Assembly (NCBI GenBank): GCA_965221775.1
Contig: CBDCSU010000004.1
Location: 896,001-960,000, forward strand
Direction: 5' to 3'
Length of the DNA stretch: 64,000 nucleotides
Source of the DNA: Candidatus Latescibacterota bacterium
GTDB lineage: Bacteria > Latescibacterota > UBA2968 > UBA8231
In this document: in pieces, positions 1 to 10,656 of the stretch
Numbering within the stretch: position 1 is the stretch's first letter
How the letters are laid out: every line of letters starts with the position of its first letter
Translations under genes and position numbers: made by a program
Notes under the pieces: model-generated
The model's database searches: none
Seen by the model: only the letters and a program-made list of their open reading frames with translations
What the model was told of the DNA's origin: nothing

Positions 1-1
1 C

Positions 2-943
<942 letters not shown>

Positions 944-1073
944 GCACCTCCAGATTGGAGTAGCCGGGCCGCCGGAAGAGCCCTGCACCGAGGGCTCCCC
1001 CCATCCCGTCCTGCGCCGGGTCCTGGCGCGGCTGGGTCACTGTCGATCTCGACGGGATCGTCGCGCCCCGTCC

Positions 1074-1910
1074 CTACCCCGGATCCGGGTCCCCGGGCGG
1101 CGCCAGCCAGCCGTCGGCCTCGCCTTCCTCCTCCGACTCGAAGTCCACCCCCGGCCCGGCCTCGCGCCCGCGGTCGCAGTAGGACCGGTACGGACAGTAT
1201 CGGCAGACGCCGATGTCCCCGGTCCGGGGGAATCCCTCCTCCCCCTTCTCCAGCCGCTCCTCGATCTCCGCCGCCGCCGCCTCGATCCGCTGCCGCGCCT
1301 GCTCGTGCTGCCCGGCGTCGTAGTGCAGCACCACCGGCTCCTCGGGCAGAGCGCTCTGCCAGTAGACGAAGCGGACCCCCTCCGCGGCCACCGGCCCCGG
1401 CGCCAGGGAGCCGGCCCCCTCGAGGGCGACGAAGCGGTACACGGCCGTCTGCCAGCTGCGCTCGAGGTGCTCCCGGCTCGACGGGGCCCCGGTCTTCCAG
1501 TCGACGATGTCGAGGCGCACGCCGCCGGAACCGCCGCTGACCTCTAGGCGGTCGAAGCGAGCCACCAGGGACTGGCCGCCTGTCAGCACCACCTCCAGCT
1601 CCAGCTCCGTGTGGACGCGGAGGCTGGGCCCCCCGGGCGGCGGCGGCGGGTGCCGCCGGAAACGCTGCCACCAGGCGGTCAGCTCCTCGTCGCCTGAGGC
1701 GTGGGCGATCTCGTCGGCGGGCAGGCCGAGGGCGTCCTGCTGCACGAGGAGGTGGAACCGCTCCCCGCGGCGGCGGGAACGCTCCCACTCCTGCTCGGAG
1801 CCGGTGAGCGGCGCCGGCCACTCGAGGCGGCGCACGAAGCGCAGGTAGAACCGGCGCGGGCAGCGCTCGAAGGTGGAGAGGGCGCTCTGGCTCAGGGGCG
1901 GCGGGTTCAT
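1074..1910 (-). CDS. Stand-alone PD-(D/E)xK nuclease, RecB/AddB/Cas4-like, with 4-Cys (iron-staple) signature, 278 aa
   Basis: Starts MNPPPLSQSALSTFERCPRRFYL; RFDRL, IVDWKTG and WQTAVY nuclease motifs; C-terminal CRYCPYRSYC; ATG overlaps the helicase stop (ATGA, 1907-1910). Confidence 0.88.
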   Translation of the reverse strand: MNPPPLSQSALSTFERCPRRFYLRFVRRLEWPAPLTGSEQEWERSRRRGERFHLLVQQDALGLPADEIAHASGDEELTAWWQRFRRHPPPPPGGPSLRVHTELELEVVLTGGQSLVARFDRLEVSGGSGGVRLDIVDWKTGAPSSREHLERSWQTAVYRFVALEGAGSLAPGPVAAEGVRFVYWQSALPEEPVVLHYDAGQHEQARQRIEAAAAEIEERLEKGEEGFPRTGDIGVCRYCPYRSYCDRGREAGPGVDFESEEEGEADGWLAPPGDPDPG

Positions 1911-4138
1911 GCGGGGTCTCCCCGCTGCTTGTCGAGGAGCGCCCCCAGGCGCGCGAAGAGGAGGGACTCCGGCGCCGCGCGGGTGCGCTGGCCGCTGGGG
2001 ATGGTGCGGCTGTAGCTGACCGACAGGAAGCGCCGCGCCCGGGTGATGGCGACGTAGAGCAGGCGCAGCCGCTCGCAGATGTACTCCAGCTGGCCGGTGG
2101 GCGCCACGGAGGGCCTCGGGCCGGCCTCCAGGAGCGCCGTCAGGCGGGCCCTCGCCATCTCCGCCGGGTTGCCCCCGAGGTGGGGCTCGTGGCCGCGGAA
2201 GTAGTCCTCCGGGGTGCCGGGGAACTCGATGCCGTCGACGCCCACGAGGTAGACGAGGTCCCACTCCATGCCCTTGGCCTTGTGCATCGTCGTCAGGGTG
2301 AGCTGTCCGGGCCGGGGCTCGTACGCCGCCTCCTCCTCGCCCGCCAGGATCTCGCGCGCCGCCTCGGGCCGCTGCAGATCGGCGGCCAGCTCGGGGAGGC
2401 GCCAGCCGGGGTGCTGGTCGGCCCGCCGGCGCAGGTGCCCGGCCACGCGCTGCGCCCGCGCCAGGTCGTCGCCCTCGAAGAGCTCGGCGGCCACGGCCAG
2501 GGCCAGCTGGTCCACGGGGAAGCGCCCCGCCTCCAGCCAGCGGCGGGCCCGGCGGGCCAGCGCGCCGAGGGGCTGCAGGTCCCCCTGCAGGCGCGCCACC
2601 GGCGGGAAGGCGTCGGCCACCTCCACCCCCGGCGCCGGGTAGAGGAGGCTCTCCGGGCGGTAGCAGCTGCGCACCAGGGGCCGGAGGTCCTCGGCCTCCT
2701 CGCCCGCGGTGATGCGGAAGACCCCCTCGAGGGCGGCCGGCGAGAGCGGGCCGGCGACGAAGGTGAGGACCCGGGCGAGGCTCTCGATCACCGCCCGCGA
2801 GCGGCGCGTGGTGGTGAGGCGCTCGTCGAAGGAGACGCCCATCTCGCGCAGGACCTCGGCCATCTCGAAGCCGAGCCGGTTGGTGGGCACGAGGACGGCG
2901 AGGGTGCCGTCCGGCCGCGACCGGGTGAAGCCGAGGGCCCGCCGGGCCACGTACTCCAGCTCCTCGGCGCGGTCCTCGAAGGGGCGCAGGGCGATGGCGC
3001 TGTCGCCGTCGTCCGGGTTCGGCTGCGGGTCCCCGGCCCCGGACGGGTCCATGCGCTGGCGGCGGAAGGCCTCGCTGCGCACCTCGAGGACCGGGTATTC
3101 CTCGCAGGTCCAGGCCACCAGGCCGTTGGCCAGCTCCATGATCCTCGGCGAGCAGCGGCCCGAGACCGCCATCTCCACGGTGCGCACCTCCCGGCGCTCG
3201 AGGAAACGGCGCAGGAACCGGGGATCGGCGGAGGTGAAGGTGCTGGTGATCGACTGGTTCGGGTCGCCCACGCGGATCCAGTGGCCGGAGCGCGCGGTCA
3301 GCCTCCCGAGGAGCTCCTCCTGGAGGGGGACGCTGTCCTGGGCCTCGTCCTCGAGCACCACGGGCCAGCGCCCGGCGAGGCGCTCGGCCACGTCCTCGTG
3401 GGAGGCGAGGAGGTCGACGGCGAGGCGCACCATGTCGTTGAAGTCGATGCCGCCCCAGCTCTCGACGAGGAGCTGGTAGCGGGAGTACAGCTCGGCGCCG
3501 ATGCGCAGGAGCCGCAGGGGCAGGTCGTCGCCCTCCTCGCCGCGGTCCCCGGCGCCGGCGAGCCGCCCGAGGAGCGCGTCGGCGTCGAGGCGGTGGTTCT
3601 TGGCGGCGGCGATCACCGTGCGCCCCAGGTCGAGGCCGATGCGCGCCCATCTCTCCTCCCAGCCCGCGTCGGGCCGCCCCTCTCCGGGGGCCAGGGGCTC
3701 CCAGCGGTGGCGGTTCTCCACGCTCCACTCGCGCAGGGCGCGGTCGACGAGCTCCACCTGGGAGCGCTCGTCCAGAACCCGCAGGTCGGAGTCGGTGCCG
3801 GCGTGGCCCGGCCAGGTCTGGACGATGCCGAAGGCGAGGCTGTGGAGGGTGCGCACCTCGTACCCCGCGGGGACCAGCCGGCGGCTGGCGAGGGCCCGGG
3901 CGATGCGTCCCCGCAGGGCGTCGGCGGCGGCGGCCTGGTAGGTGACCACCAGCACCCGGCCGGTCTCGGGCAGGGGTCCCGCGCCCCGTCCCCGGCGCTC
4001 CAGCAGCTCCGCGGCGAGATGGGCGATGGTGGTGGTCTTGCCGCTGCCGGGGACCGCCGCCACCCCCATGAGGCCGCCCTCGTACTCGAGGATCTGCTTC
4101 TGGCCCTCCCGGGGGCGGAAGACTTCGGGGGCGTTCAC
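1907..4138 (-). CDS. UvrD/Rep/PcrA-family (SF1A) ATP-dependent DNA helicase, 743 aa
   Basis: Walker A AVPGSGKTTT, TLHSLA, Walker B VLEDEAQDS, VGDPNQSI, TMHKAKGMEWDLVYL, ERLRLLYVAITRARRFL. Confidence 0.92.
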   Translation of the reverse strand: MNAPEVFRPREGQKQILEYEGGLMGVAAVPGSGKTTTIAHLAAELLERRGRGAGPLPETGRVLVVTYQAAAADALRGRIARALASRRLVPAGYEVRTLHSLAFGIVQTWPGHAGTDSDLRVLDERSQVELVDRALREWSVENRHRWEPLAPGEGRPDAGWEERWARIGLDLGRTVIAAAKNHRLDADALLGRLAGAGDRGEEGDDLPLRLLRIGAELYSRYQLLVESWGGIDFNDMVRLAVDLLASHEDVAERLAGRWPVVLEDEAQDSVPLQEELLGRLTARSGHWIRVGDPNQSITSTFTSADPRFLRRFLERREVRTVEMAVSGRCSPRIMELANGLVAWTCEEYPVLEVRSEAFRRQRMDPSGAGDPQPNPDDGDSAIALRPFEDRAEELEYVARRALGFTRSRPDGTLAVLVPTNRLGFEMAEVLREMGVSFDERLTTTRRSRAVIESLARVLTFVAGPLSPAALEGVFRITAGEEAEDLRPLVRSCYRPESLLYPAPGVEVADAFPPVARLQGDLQPLGALARRARRWLEAGRFPVDQLALAVAAELFEGDDLARAQRVAGHLRRRADQHPGWRLPELAADLQRPEAAREILAGEEEAAYEPRPGQLTLTTMHKAKGMEWDLVYLVGVDGIEFPGTPEDYFRGHEPHLGGNPAEMARARLTALLEAGPRPSVAPTGQLEYICERLRLLYVAITRARRFLSVSYSRTIPSGQRTRAAPESLLFARLGALLDKQRGDPA

Positions 4139-6242
4139 GCCGCCGGCTCCACCGGTCCGGCGATCCTCGCCGCCGCCCGCAGCAGGGGACTATCCTCCTC
4201 GGGGGGCCCGCCGGCCTCGGTCTCGCTCCAGCACAGGTACACGGCGTCGCCGGCGCGGCTGCACAACCCCCGCACCAGGCGGCCGAGGGTGCGGTTGCGG
4301 GTCTCGTGGTCGACGGCCTCGGTCCAGCGGGCGTCCCGGGACCAGCGGCGGGACAGGACGTGGGGGTTGGTCAGCGGCTGGTGCGGCGGCTCCCACCAGC
4401 TGATCGATCCGGCGTCGAGCCAGAACTGGCAGCGGTCGAAGCGCTCCTCCAGCAGGTAGGTGTAGACCGGCGCCACCACGAGGACGGCGTCGGCCGGCGG
4501 CGGCGCCCCCGGCGGGTGGGAGGCGGCCACCACCCCTCCTCCACCATGCGCGCGTAGCCCTCGGCCGTGCCCCCGGGGTCGGGGCCGGCGCCGAGGGAGG
4601 GGGCCGAGCGCCGGAACCAGGAGGCCGAGGAGATCAGGCGCGCGTACATCGCCGCCCGCCCCGGGTCGAGATCGGGCCGCGACAGGACCTCTCCGAAGAG
4701 CTGCCGGAGGAAGAGATCGAGAGGCTGAGGCTCGCCCTGCCGGCGCGCCTGCAGCCAGCGGCGCAGGGTCTCGAACGCTTCCAGGGCCCCCGGCGGCAGC
4801 CGCTCCCGTAGCCGCGGGTCCCCCTCCCCCAGGTCGCGCAGGGCGCCGGAGCCGGCGTCGTACGCCGCCCGCGTCAGCAGCTTGGCGCGCACCGGGTCCA
4901 GGCTCATCGCCGCCTGCAGCGCCTCGGCGACGTCGCTGGCGTGGGGGGCCGGCTCCCAGCCCGGGTAGGCCAGCGCCGCCAGGGCCAGGGCGGCGCGCGT
5001 CTCGGGCTCCTCGCGCAGGCTCTCGAAGCGGCGGACCACGGCGCAGGGGATCCCGGCCTCACGGAGGGCCTCGCTCACCAGGAACCGCAGGACGCCGTCG
5101 GCGTGGGGGGCGACGACGGCGATCTCCCCCGGTTCGGCGGCGCCCGCTTCCACGAGGCGCACGACTTCGGCGGCGACTGCGCCCACCATCTGGCCGCGGT
5201 GGCGCGCCGAGAGCAGACGCAGGGCCCCGGCGGCGGCTTGGTCGGGGGTCTCGCCGGGGGCCCGGGGCGGCTCGAAGCCGGCGGACAGCTCCCGCCCGAG
5301 GGTGACTGTCGGCCGCACCGGCTCGTCGGGGACCCGCAGGCGCCGGCCGCAGGCCTCCCGCAGGGACCAGGCGCCCTCGGGATCGACCCCGAGGAAGACG
5401 CGGAACCCCCCGTCCCGGCGGGCCACCAGCCAGGCGGAGTCGACCGCCTCCAGGCGCCGGCGGATGAAGTCCTGGGCCAGCGGCACCGTCTCCTCCACCG
5501 CCTCCACCAGCAGGTGCCGGAAGCGCCCCTCGAGGTAGCGGCGGAACTCGTCGGAGGGCAGCAGCTGCCGGCGGAAGAGATGGAGGACGAGGGAGACGTC
5601 GACCAGGTTGTGCTCCAGGCAGTGGGCGCGGTAGGCCTCGATGCAGTCCTGGGCCTGGTCGAACCAGACCTCCCGGCCCTCCTTGTGGGCCGTCCACGAG
5701 TCCCGCAGCCGGGGGCCGACCTCGGCGATGTCGTAGCCGTTGACGCCGGCCTTGTTGAGGTTGTCGAGCAGCTGCGAGAGCAGTCTCTGGGGCCGCAGCG
5801 ACAGGCCGTCGAAGGCGCCCTCGGCGAGGCGGGGGTCGACGATCTGCTTCATCACGTACTGGGCGGTCTCGTAGGTGAGCAGGACCGGCGGGTCGAGGGG
5901 CGATCGGAAGCCGGCCTCGAGGGCGATCCGCGGCCAGAACAGGCGCACCATGCGCGCCGCCAGGCCGTAGAAGGTGTGGATCTCGGGGGAGACCGCCGCC
6001 CGTCCGGAGACCGGTCCGCCGGGGGGCTCGGGGCGCCGGCGGGGGCGCTGCGGCACCAGGACCAGCAGCTCGTCGCCGCTCACCCCCTGATCGAGGAGCG
6101 CGGCCATCCGCTCGCGGACCAGGGCGCCGGCGGCGGCCGGCCCCTGGGGCAGATCGATCCACACCGAGCCGGCCGCCGGAGCGGCGATGGCCGCGGCCAC
6201 CTCCCCGGTCCAGGAGCCCGCCGGCGTCCCCGGCGCCGTCAC
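4135..6242 (-). CDS. Degenerate, probably ATPase-dead UvrD-like helicase partner (about 702 aa if repaired), interrupted by an apparent 1-bp deletion at about 4533-4536
   Basis: Two consecutive ORFs (4371..6257 and 4135..4533) join as ...RMVEEG-VVAASH... if one G is added to a G4 run; remnant SF1 motifs (LLVLVP, IHTFYGLA, LLVEAVEET, EIAVVAP, RGLCSRAGDAVYLCWS) but no Walker A lysine; GTGA overlaps at both ends. Confidence 0.7.
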
Positions 6243-8113
6243 CGCGCCCGGGCCCATTCCCGGGCTCTCGCCTTCAGCGCCTCCGCCTCACGAGCCCGGC
6301 CCATCCGCGACAGGACCTGCGCCGCCAGCCGGTACGGTCCGGTGCGCACGGGGTCGATCTCCAGGGCTCGAAGGGCATACCTGAGGGACTCTTCCAACTC
6401 GTTCATACGAAACAACATGAGACTCACGTTGTAATTCATCGACTGAGATCCCGGGGCGGCCTCGGCGGCGCGCCGGTAAGCCGCCTCGGCCATCTCTCGC
6501 TCCGCCGCCGCCCGGTGGCGTTCCCCCGACATGAACCAGCCGTTGGCCACCAGCTTGCGCACCCACGGGTCCGGCGAGTCGAGGAGGGCGGGATCCGCCC
6601 CTTCCAGCCAGACCGCGGGATCGGCGGAGGTGTCCGGGCCGCTGCCGCCGCGGCCGCGGACGGCGAGATAGCTCAGGCCCCGGGGCTCGAACCGGAACCC
6701 CTCGGGCGGGCGCCGCGCCACCAGGAAGTGCACGGGCCTTTCGGAGTTCATCCAGGCCCGCTCCCGGCGCCGGCGCCGCGGCGCCCCCTCCCGGCCGCCG
6801 GCGGCGGTGGGATCGCCGCGGCCGAGGCGGTTGGCGATGGTCACGTCCGGGCGCACGCCCTCCACCCGCTGCAGGTAGTCCACCAGGAAGCTGGCGTCGT
6901 CCCCCTCGGTGACCAGCACCGCCCGGGGAGGCAGCTCCTCGAGCAGCCGGCGCCCGTAGAGGTCCGGGAACCAGGCGCCGCTGCGGTCGGCCTCCCCGAG
7001 GTTGGCGGCGAGGGGGACGGCGGCGCAGGCGAGGGCCGCCGCCGGCGCCAGGTTGCGGAGCCGGCCCCGCAGCCGCCGCACCAGGTCGTCGAGGCCGAAG
7101 CCGGCCAGGGCGGCGGCGCACAGCACCGCCAGCAGGAAGAACACGTCCAGCCCCTGGGGGTTGCGGTGGTAGCCCAGGGCGGTGACCAGGTTGAGAACCG
7201 CCGCCGCCAGCAGCACCCGCGCCAGGACCGGGTCGCGGCGCCAGGCCGCCACCGCCCCCCAGGCGAGGAGGGGCAGGAACAGGGGCGTCCACTCCCCCGC
7301 CAGCTGCTCCCCCAGGCGCCGGGCGTTGATCGCCGCGGCCCCCCAGGGCAGGCTGAAGAAGGAGCCGCGGTAGGTGGCGCCGGTGAGGTGCTCCCACAGC
7401 GCCGGCAGCGAGTCCAGGGGGCCCCAGTGGAAACCGGCGCCGAGGCCGTTGCGCACCGGCAGGTAGATCCACGCGCTCACCCCGGCCAGCCCGCCGGGGA
7501 CCAACCAGGCCGCCTCGCGCAGCCGCTCCCGCGGGCCCCGCCGCACGGAGGCATGGTCGGCCCCCAGGGCGGCGAGCAGCACCGGCGGCACCAGCAGCAC
7601 CGCCTGCAGGTGACAGGTGGCGGCGAGGCCGGCGGCGTAGCCGGTCAGCAGCAGCCAGCGGGGGCGGTCGGCGGGAGGGCGGGACCGCGCCCTGAGCCCG
7701 GCGCCGAGGAGGACCACCGCGGCCAGGACGAAGAGGCCGTAGACCTCGGCGATCACCGCCTGGCTCCAGTAGGTCCGGCTCCAGGCCAGGGCCAGCCCCG
7801 CCGCCGCGGCCGCCGCCCAGCCGCAGCCGCGCGCCTGCAGGAGGAGGGCCAGGGAGCCGGCGGCGGCCGCCGCCAGCAGGCAGGTGGCGGCGTTCACCGC
7901 CCGCGCCGGCGAGGCCCCCGGATCGAGCCAGGAGAGCACCTTCGCCAGGAGCACGTACAGGGGATACCCGGTCGGGTGCGGCGTCCCCAGGCCCCAGACG
8001 GCGCCGATCAGTTCCCCCGAGCCCTCGACGTAGACCGAGGGGCAGAGGGTCAGCAGGTAGCTGATGGCGGCGAGGCCGAAGACGGCGGCGGCGGCCAGGC
8101 GGGTCCGGTCCAC
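6239..8113 (-). CDS. DUF2723 / TMEM260-like GT-C membrane glycosyltransferase with C-terminal TPR
   Basis: LLTLCPSVYVEGSGELIGAVWGLGTPHPTGYPLY, WSQAVIAEVYGL, multiple TM helices, EGDDASF..DYLQRVEGVRPDV, TPR-like tail (AEAAYRRAAEAAP...RALEIDP). Confidence 0.85.
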   Translation of the reverse strand: MDRTRLAAAAVFGLAAISYLLTLCPSVYVEGSGELIGAVWGLGTPHPTGYPLYVLLAKVLSWLDPGASPARAVNAATCLLAAAAAGSLALLLQARGCGWAAAAAAGLALAWSRTYWSQAVIAEVYGLFVLAAVVLLGAGLRARSRPPADRPRWLLLTGYAAGLAATCHLQAVLLVPPVLLAALGADHASVRRGPRERLREAAWLVPGGLAGVSAWIYLPVRNGLGAGFHWGPLDSLPALWEHLTGATYRGSFFSLPWGAAAINARRLGEQLAGEWTPLFLPLLAWGAVAAWRRDPVLARVLLAAAVLNLVTALGYHRNPQGLDVFFLLAVLCAAALAGFGLDDLVRRLRGRLRNLAPAAALACAAVPLAANLGEADRSGAWFPDLYGRRLLEELPPRAVLVTEGDDASFLVDYLQRVEGVRPDVTIANRLGRGDPTAAGGREGAPRRRRRERAWMNSERPVHFLVARRPPEGFRFEPRGLSYLAVRGRGGSGPDTSADPAVWLEGADPALLDSPDPWVRKLVANGWFMSGERHRAAAEREMAEAAYRRAAEAAPGSQSMNYNVSLMLFRMNELEESLRYALRALEIDPVRTGPYRLAAQVLSRMGRAREAEALKARAREWARAR

Positions 8114-8115
8114 GG

Positions 8116-10617
8116 CTACCCGGCCAGCACCGCCAGCAGCCGCATGCGCTCCAGGCACTGCGCCCACAGGGCCGTCTCCCGGGCGAGGCCGTAGAGCACG
8201 ACGACGGCCGCCACCTGCACGGCCGCGTGCACCGGCGGCATGGCGCCCCGGACCTCCAGCCCCTCCGCCGGCGGCGGCCAGCGCCAGCGCCGAGCCCGCC
8301 ACAGGGCGGCTATCCAGAGGAGGGCGGCCCCGGCGGAGATACCCGTCCCCCACGCCAGCGAGGCCGGCCGGTAGCGGAAGGAGACAAGGCGGTCCGCGGC
8401 CGTCACCGGCACCGCCCGGAAGGCGTGGTTCGCCTTCAGGATCTCCCGCTGCTGCCCGTCGACCCGCGCCTCCCACCCCGGCGCGTAGCTGTCCGCCAGC
8501 ACCAGGAACCCGTCCCGCCCGGGCAGCTCCACGTCGACCGCCGTCGACTCGTAGCGGGTGATGCGGGCCGGAGCGTACCCGGCTCCCGGACCCGGGGTTG
8601 TCCCCGGAGGCCGGTCGAGGAGGACCTGCCGCCCCGCATCGAACCCGGGGGAGCGCAGCCGCGCCAGGCGCCGGCGGGGGTCGGGCTCGACCACGGCCTC
8701 GGCCGCGACCCAGGCCCTGGGCAGGGCCGCCCGGTTGCGGTAGACCCGCTCCTGCCCCGCGTGCAGCAACTCCAGATCCGGCCACGACAGGGCCCGGTGG
8801 CTGACCACGTACCCGGCGTTGGCCAGGTCCAGCCGGGCGGGATAGGCCCTGACCAGCTCCCAGTGTCGGCGCGGGTGCAGGGGGCTCCACCCCGGCAGGG
8901 TGTTGGCCAGGCCGAAGAGACCCGCCGAGTACATGCGCAGGGTCCCGGGGTAGCGCTCGTACGAGGAGAGGTCGTGGACCCAGCCGCCGTGCCAGTCGTA
9001 GGGCGAGTTGCGCTCCGCCACGAGGCTCGCCACGCGCACCAGCCCCGGCACCGGTACCCCCGGAGCGGCCCCGGGACGCCAGCGGCCGGCGTCGGCCAGG
9101 ATCGCCGCCGCCGCCGGCGGAACGCGCTCGTAGACCTCCGGCGGCAGGACCCCGTTGAAGGGCCGTCCGAAGTCGTGCAGCTCCACCAGGCAGAGGGCGG
9201 CCATGGCCCCGGCCAGGGCCCGCGGGCCGAGGCGGCGCCGGACCGGTCCGCAGGTGAGCACGGCCATGGCGAGCAGGACCGGGCCCAGGCGCCACAGGTC
9301 GGCGGCCAGGTCGGCGCGGTAGCGCTCGACCAGCAGCTCCCTGCCCGGGGGGAGGGCCGCCTCGCCCCAGAGGACGGAGCGGTTGACCAGGGCCGCGAGC
9401 CCGGCGGCGAGGGCGAGGAGGACGCAGACCCGCACCCAGGAGGTCCGCAACGGCCGGCCGGCGGCGAGGCGGTGGACCCCGAGGCCGGCGAGGACGGCAC
9501 CGCCGAAGGCCCACCACAGCAGGAAGCGGGTGGGGATGCGCAACTGCCGCAGGAAGGGGACCTCGTGAAGGGCGTGGAACAGCCCCGAGTAGTGGCCCAG
9601 GGAGAGGACCAGGCCGAGGACGGCGAGGAGGGCGAAGAAGCCCCGTGCCGGGGACTCCGCCTCGCGCGCGCCGATCAGCGCCAGCACCACAGCGGCGGCG
9701 CCGATGTAGGGGCAGAGCTGGATGAAGAAGCCCGCCTCCCGGCCCCAGTAGGACCCCGTCGCCGAGTTGCCGAAGAAGTCCGGGAGCAGCAGGCAGATCA
9801 GACGCTCCGGGGGCAGGGACATGTTGACGAACTGCTCGTACCCGAGGCCGCCGCCGCGGCCGGACTCGGCGGCCAGCTCCCACGTCGGCAGCAGCTGCAC
9901 CGCCGCCATCGCCGCCCCGGGCACGGCCAGCAGCGCCGCCCAGGCCGCCTGCCGGCGCCCCAGCTGCCAGGCGCGCAGCGCCCCGTAGGCGGCGGCCGCC
10001 GCGGCGCCGTAGAGGGCCGCCTGCGGGTGGCCGGCCAGCAGCTGCAGGGCCGCCGCGCCCCCGGCCAGGACGACGCGCACCGGCCGCCCGCGGGCCAGAC
10101 CGGTCTCCAGGAGCCAGAACAGCACCGGCAGCAGGGCCGCGGCGGCGACGAAGTTCGGCGACATGGCGCGCACCACGAGGTAGCCGCCGAGGCCGTAGGT
10201 CAGCCCCCCGGTGAGCGCCGCCAGGCGGCCGCAGCCGAGGGCGCGCAGGAAGCCCCAGGTGGCGGCGGCGGCGAGCCACAGGTGGCCGAGGACCGACCAG
10301 GTCACGGCCGCCGCCGGCGGCAGCGGGGCCAGCAGCCAGTTGGGCGGGTACAGGGCCCCCACCTGGCCCTCGGCGAAGAGCGGGAACCCGCAGCTGACGG
10401 CCGGCTCCCACAGCGGCAGCCGGCCTTCGGCGAGGGCCTCGTGCAGGAAGTGGCGCCAGGGGACGTTCTGCACCATCACGTCCTGCACGAAGAACACGCC
10501 GCCCTGCAGGACGCCGGGGAAGAGGCAGGCCACGGCCAGGGCGAGACCCGCCAGGCAGGCGGGGCCGGCGAGCCGGTCAGCGGGGATGGGAAGGGTCCGA
10601 GAGGCCATGTGGCGCAT
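8116..10617 (-). CDS. YfhO-family GT-C polytopic membrane protein
   Basis: N-terminal D..VQNVPWRHF...GRLPLWEP...GFPLFAE..GALYPPN, LAGHPQ, QLLPTWEL, LRIPTRF; C-terminal LVLADSYAPGWEARVDG...ANHAFRAVPV...FRYRP typical of YfhO; start may be 10608. Confidence 0.82.
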   Translation of the reverse strand: MRHMASRTLPIPADRLAGPACLAGLALAVACLFPGVLQGGVFFVQDVMVQNVPWRHFLHEALAEGRLPLWEPAVSCGFPLFAEGQVGALYPPNWLLAPLPPAAAVTWSVLGHLWLAAAATWGFLRALGCGRLAALTGGLTYGLGGYLVVRAMSPNFVAAAALLPVLFWLLETGLARGRPVRVVLAGGAAALQLLAGHPQAALYGAAAAAAYGALRAWQLGRRQAAWAALLAVPGAAMAAVQLLPTWELAAESGRGGGLGYEQFVNMSLPPERLICLLLPDFFGNSATGSYWGREAGFFIQLCPYIGAAAVVLALIGAREAESPARGFFALLAVLGLVLSLGHYSGLFHALHEVPFLRQLRIPTRFLLWWAFGGAVLAGLGVHRLAAGRPLRTSWVRVCVLLALAAGLAALVNRSVLWGEAALPPGRELLVERYRADLAADLWRLGPVLLAMAVLTCGPVRRRLGPRALAGAMAALCLVELHDFGRPFNGVLPPEVYERVPPAAAAILADAGRWRPGAAPGVPVPGLVRVASLVAERNSPYDWHGGWVHDLSSYERYPGTLRMYSAGLFGLANTLPGWSPLHPRRHWELVRAYPARLDLANAGYVVSHRALSWPDLELLHAGQERVYRNRAALPRAWVAAEAVVEPDPRRRLARLRSPGFDAGRQVLLDRPPGTTPGPGAGYAPARITRYESTAVDVELPGRDGFLVLADSYAPGWEARVDGQQREILKANHAFRAVPVTAADRLVSFRYRPASLAWGTGISAGAALLWIAALWRARRWRWPPPAEGLEVRGAMPPVHAAVQVAAVVVLYGLARETALWAQCLERMRLLAVLAG

Positions 10618-10656
10618 CGCTCTTGCGAGGCTCGCCGCGTCGTGGAGGGGCCTCCC

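Noticed and set aside
944-1073. Several short hairpins between the convergent miaB and nuclease genes, as a possible ncRNA
   Set aside because: No recognisable RNA family motif; such hairpins are expected at this GC content and may only aid termination
1074-1910. CRISPR-Cas adaptation module suggested by the Cas4-like nuclease
   Set aside because: No cas1/cas2, effector genes or repeat-spacer array seen anywhere in the window
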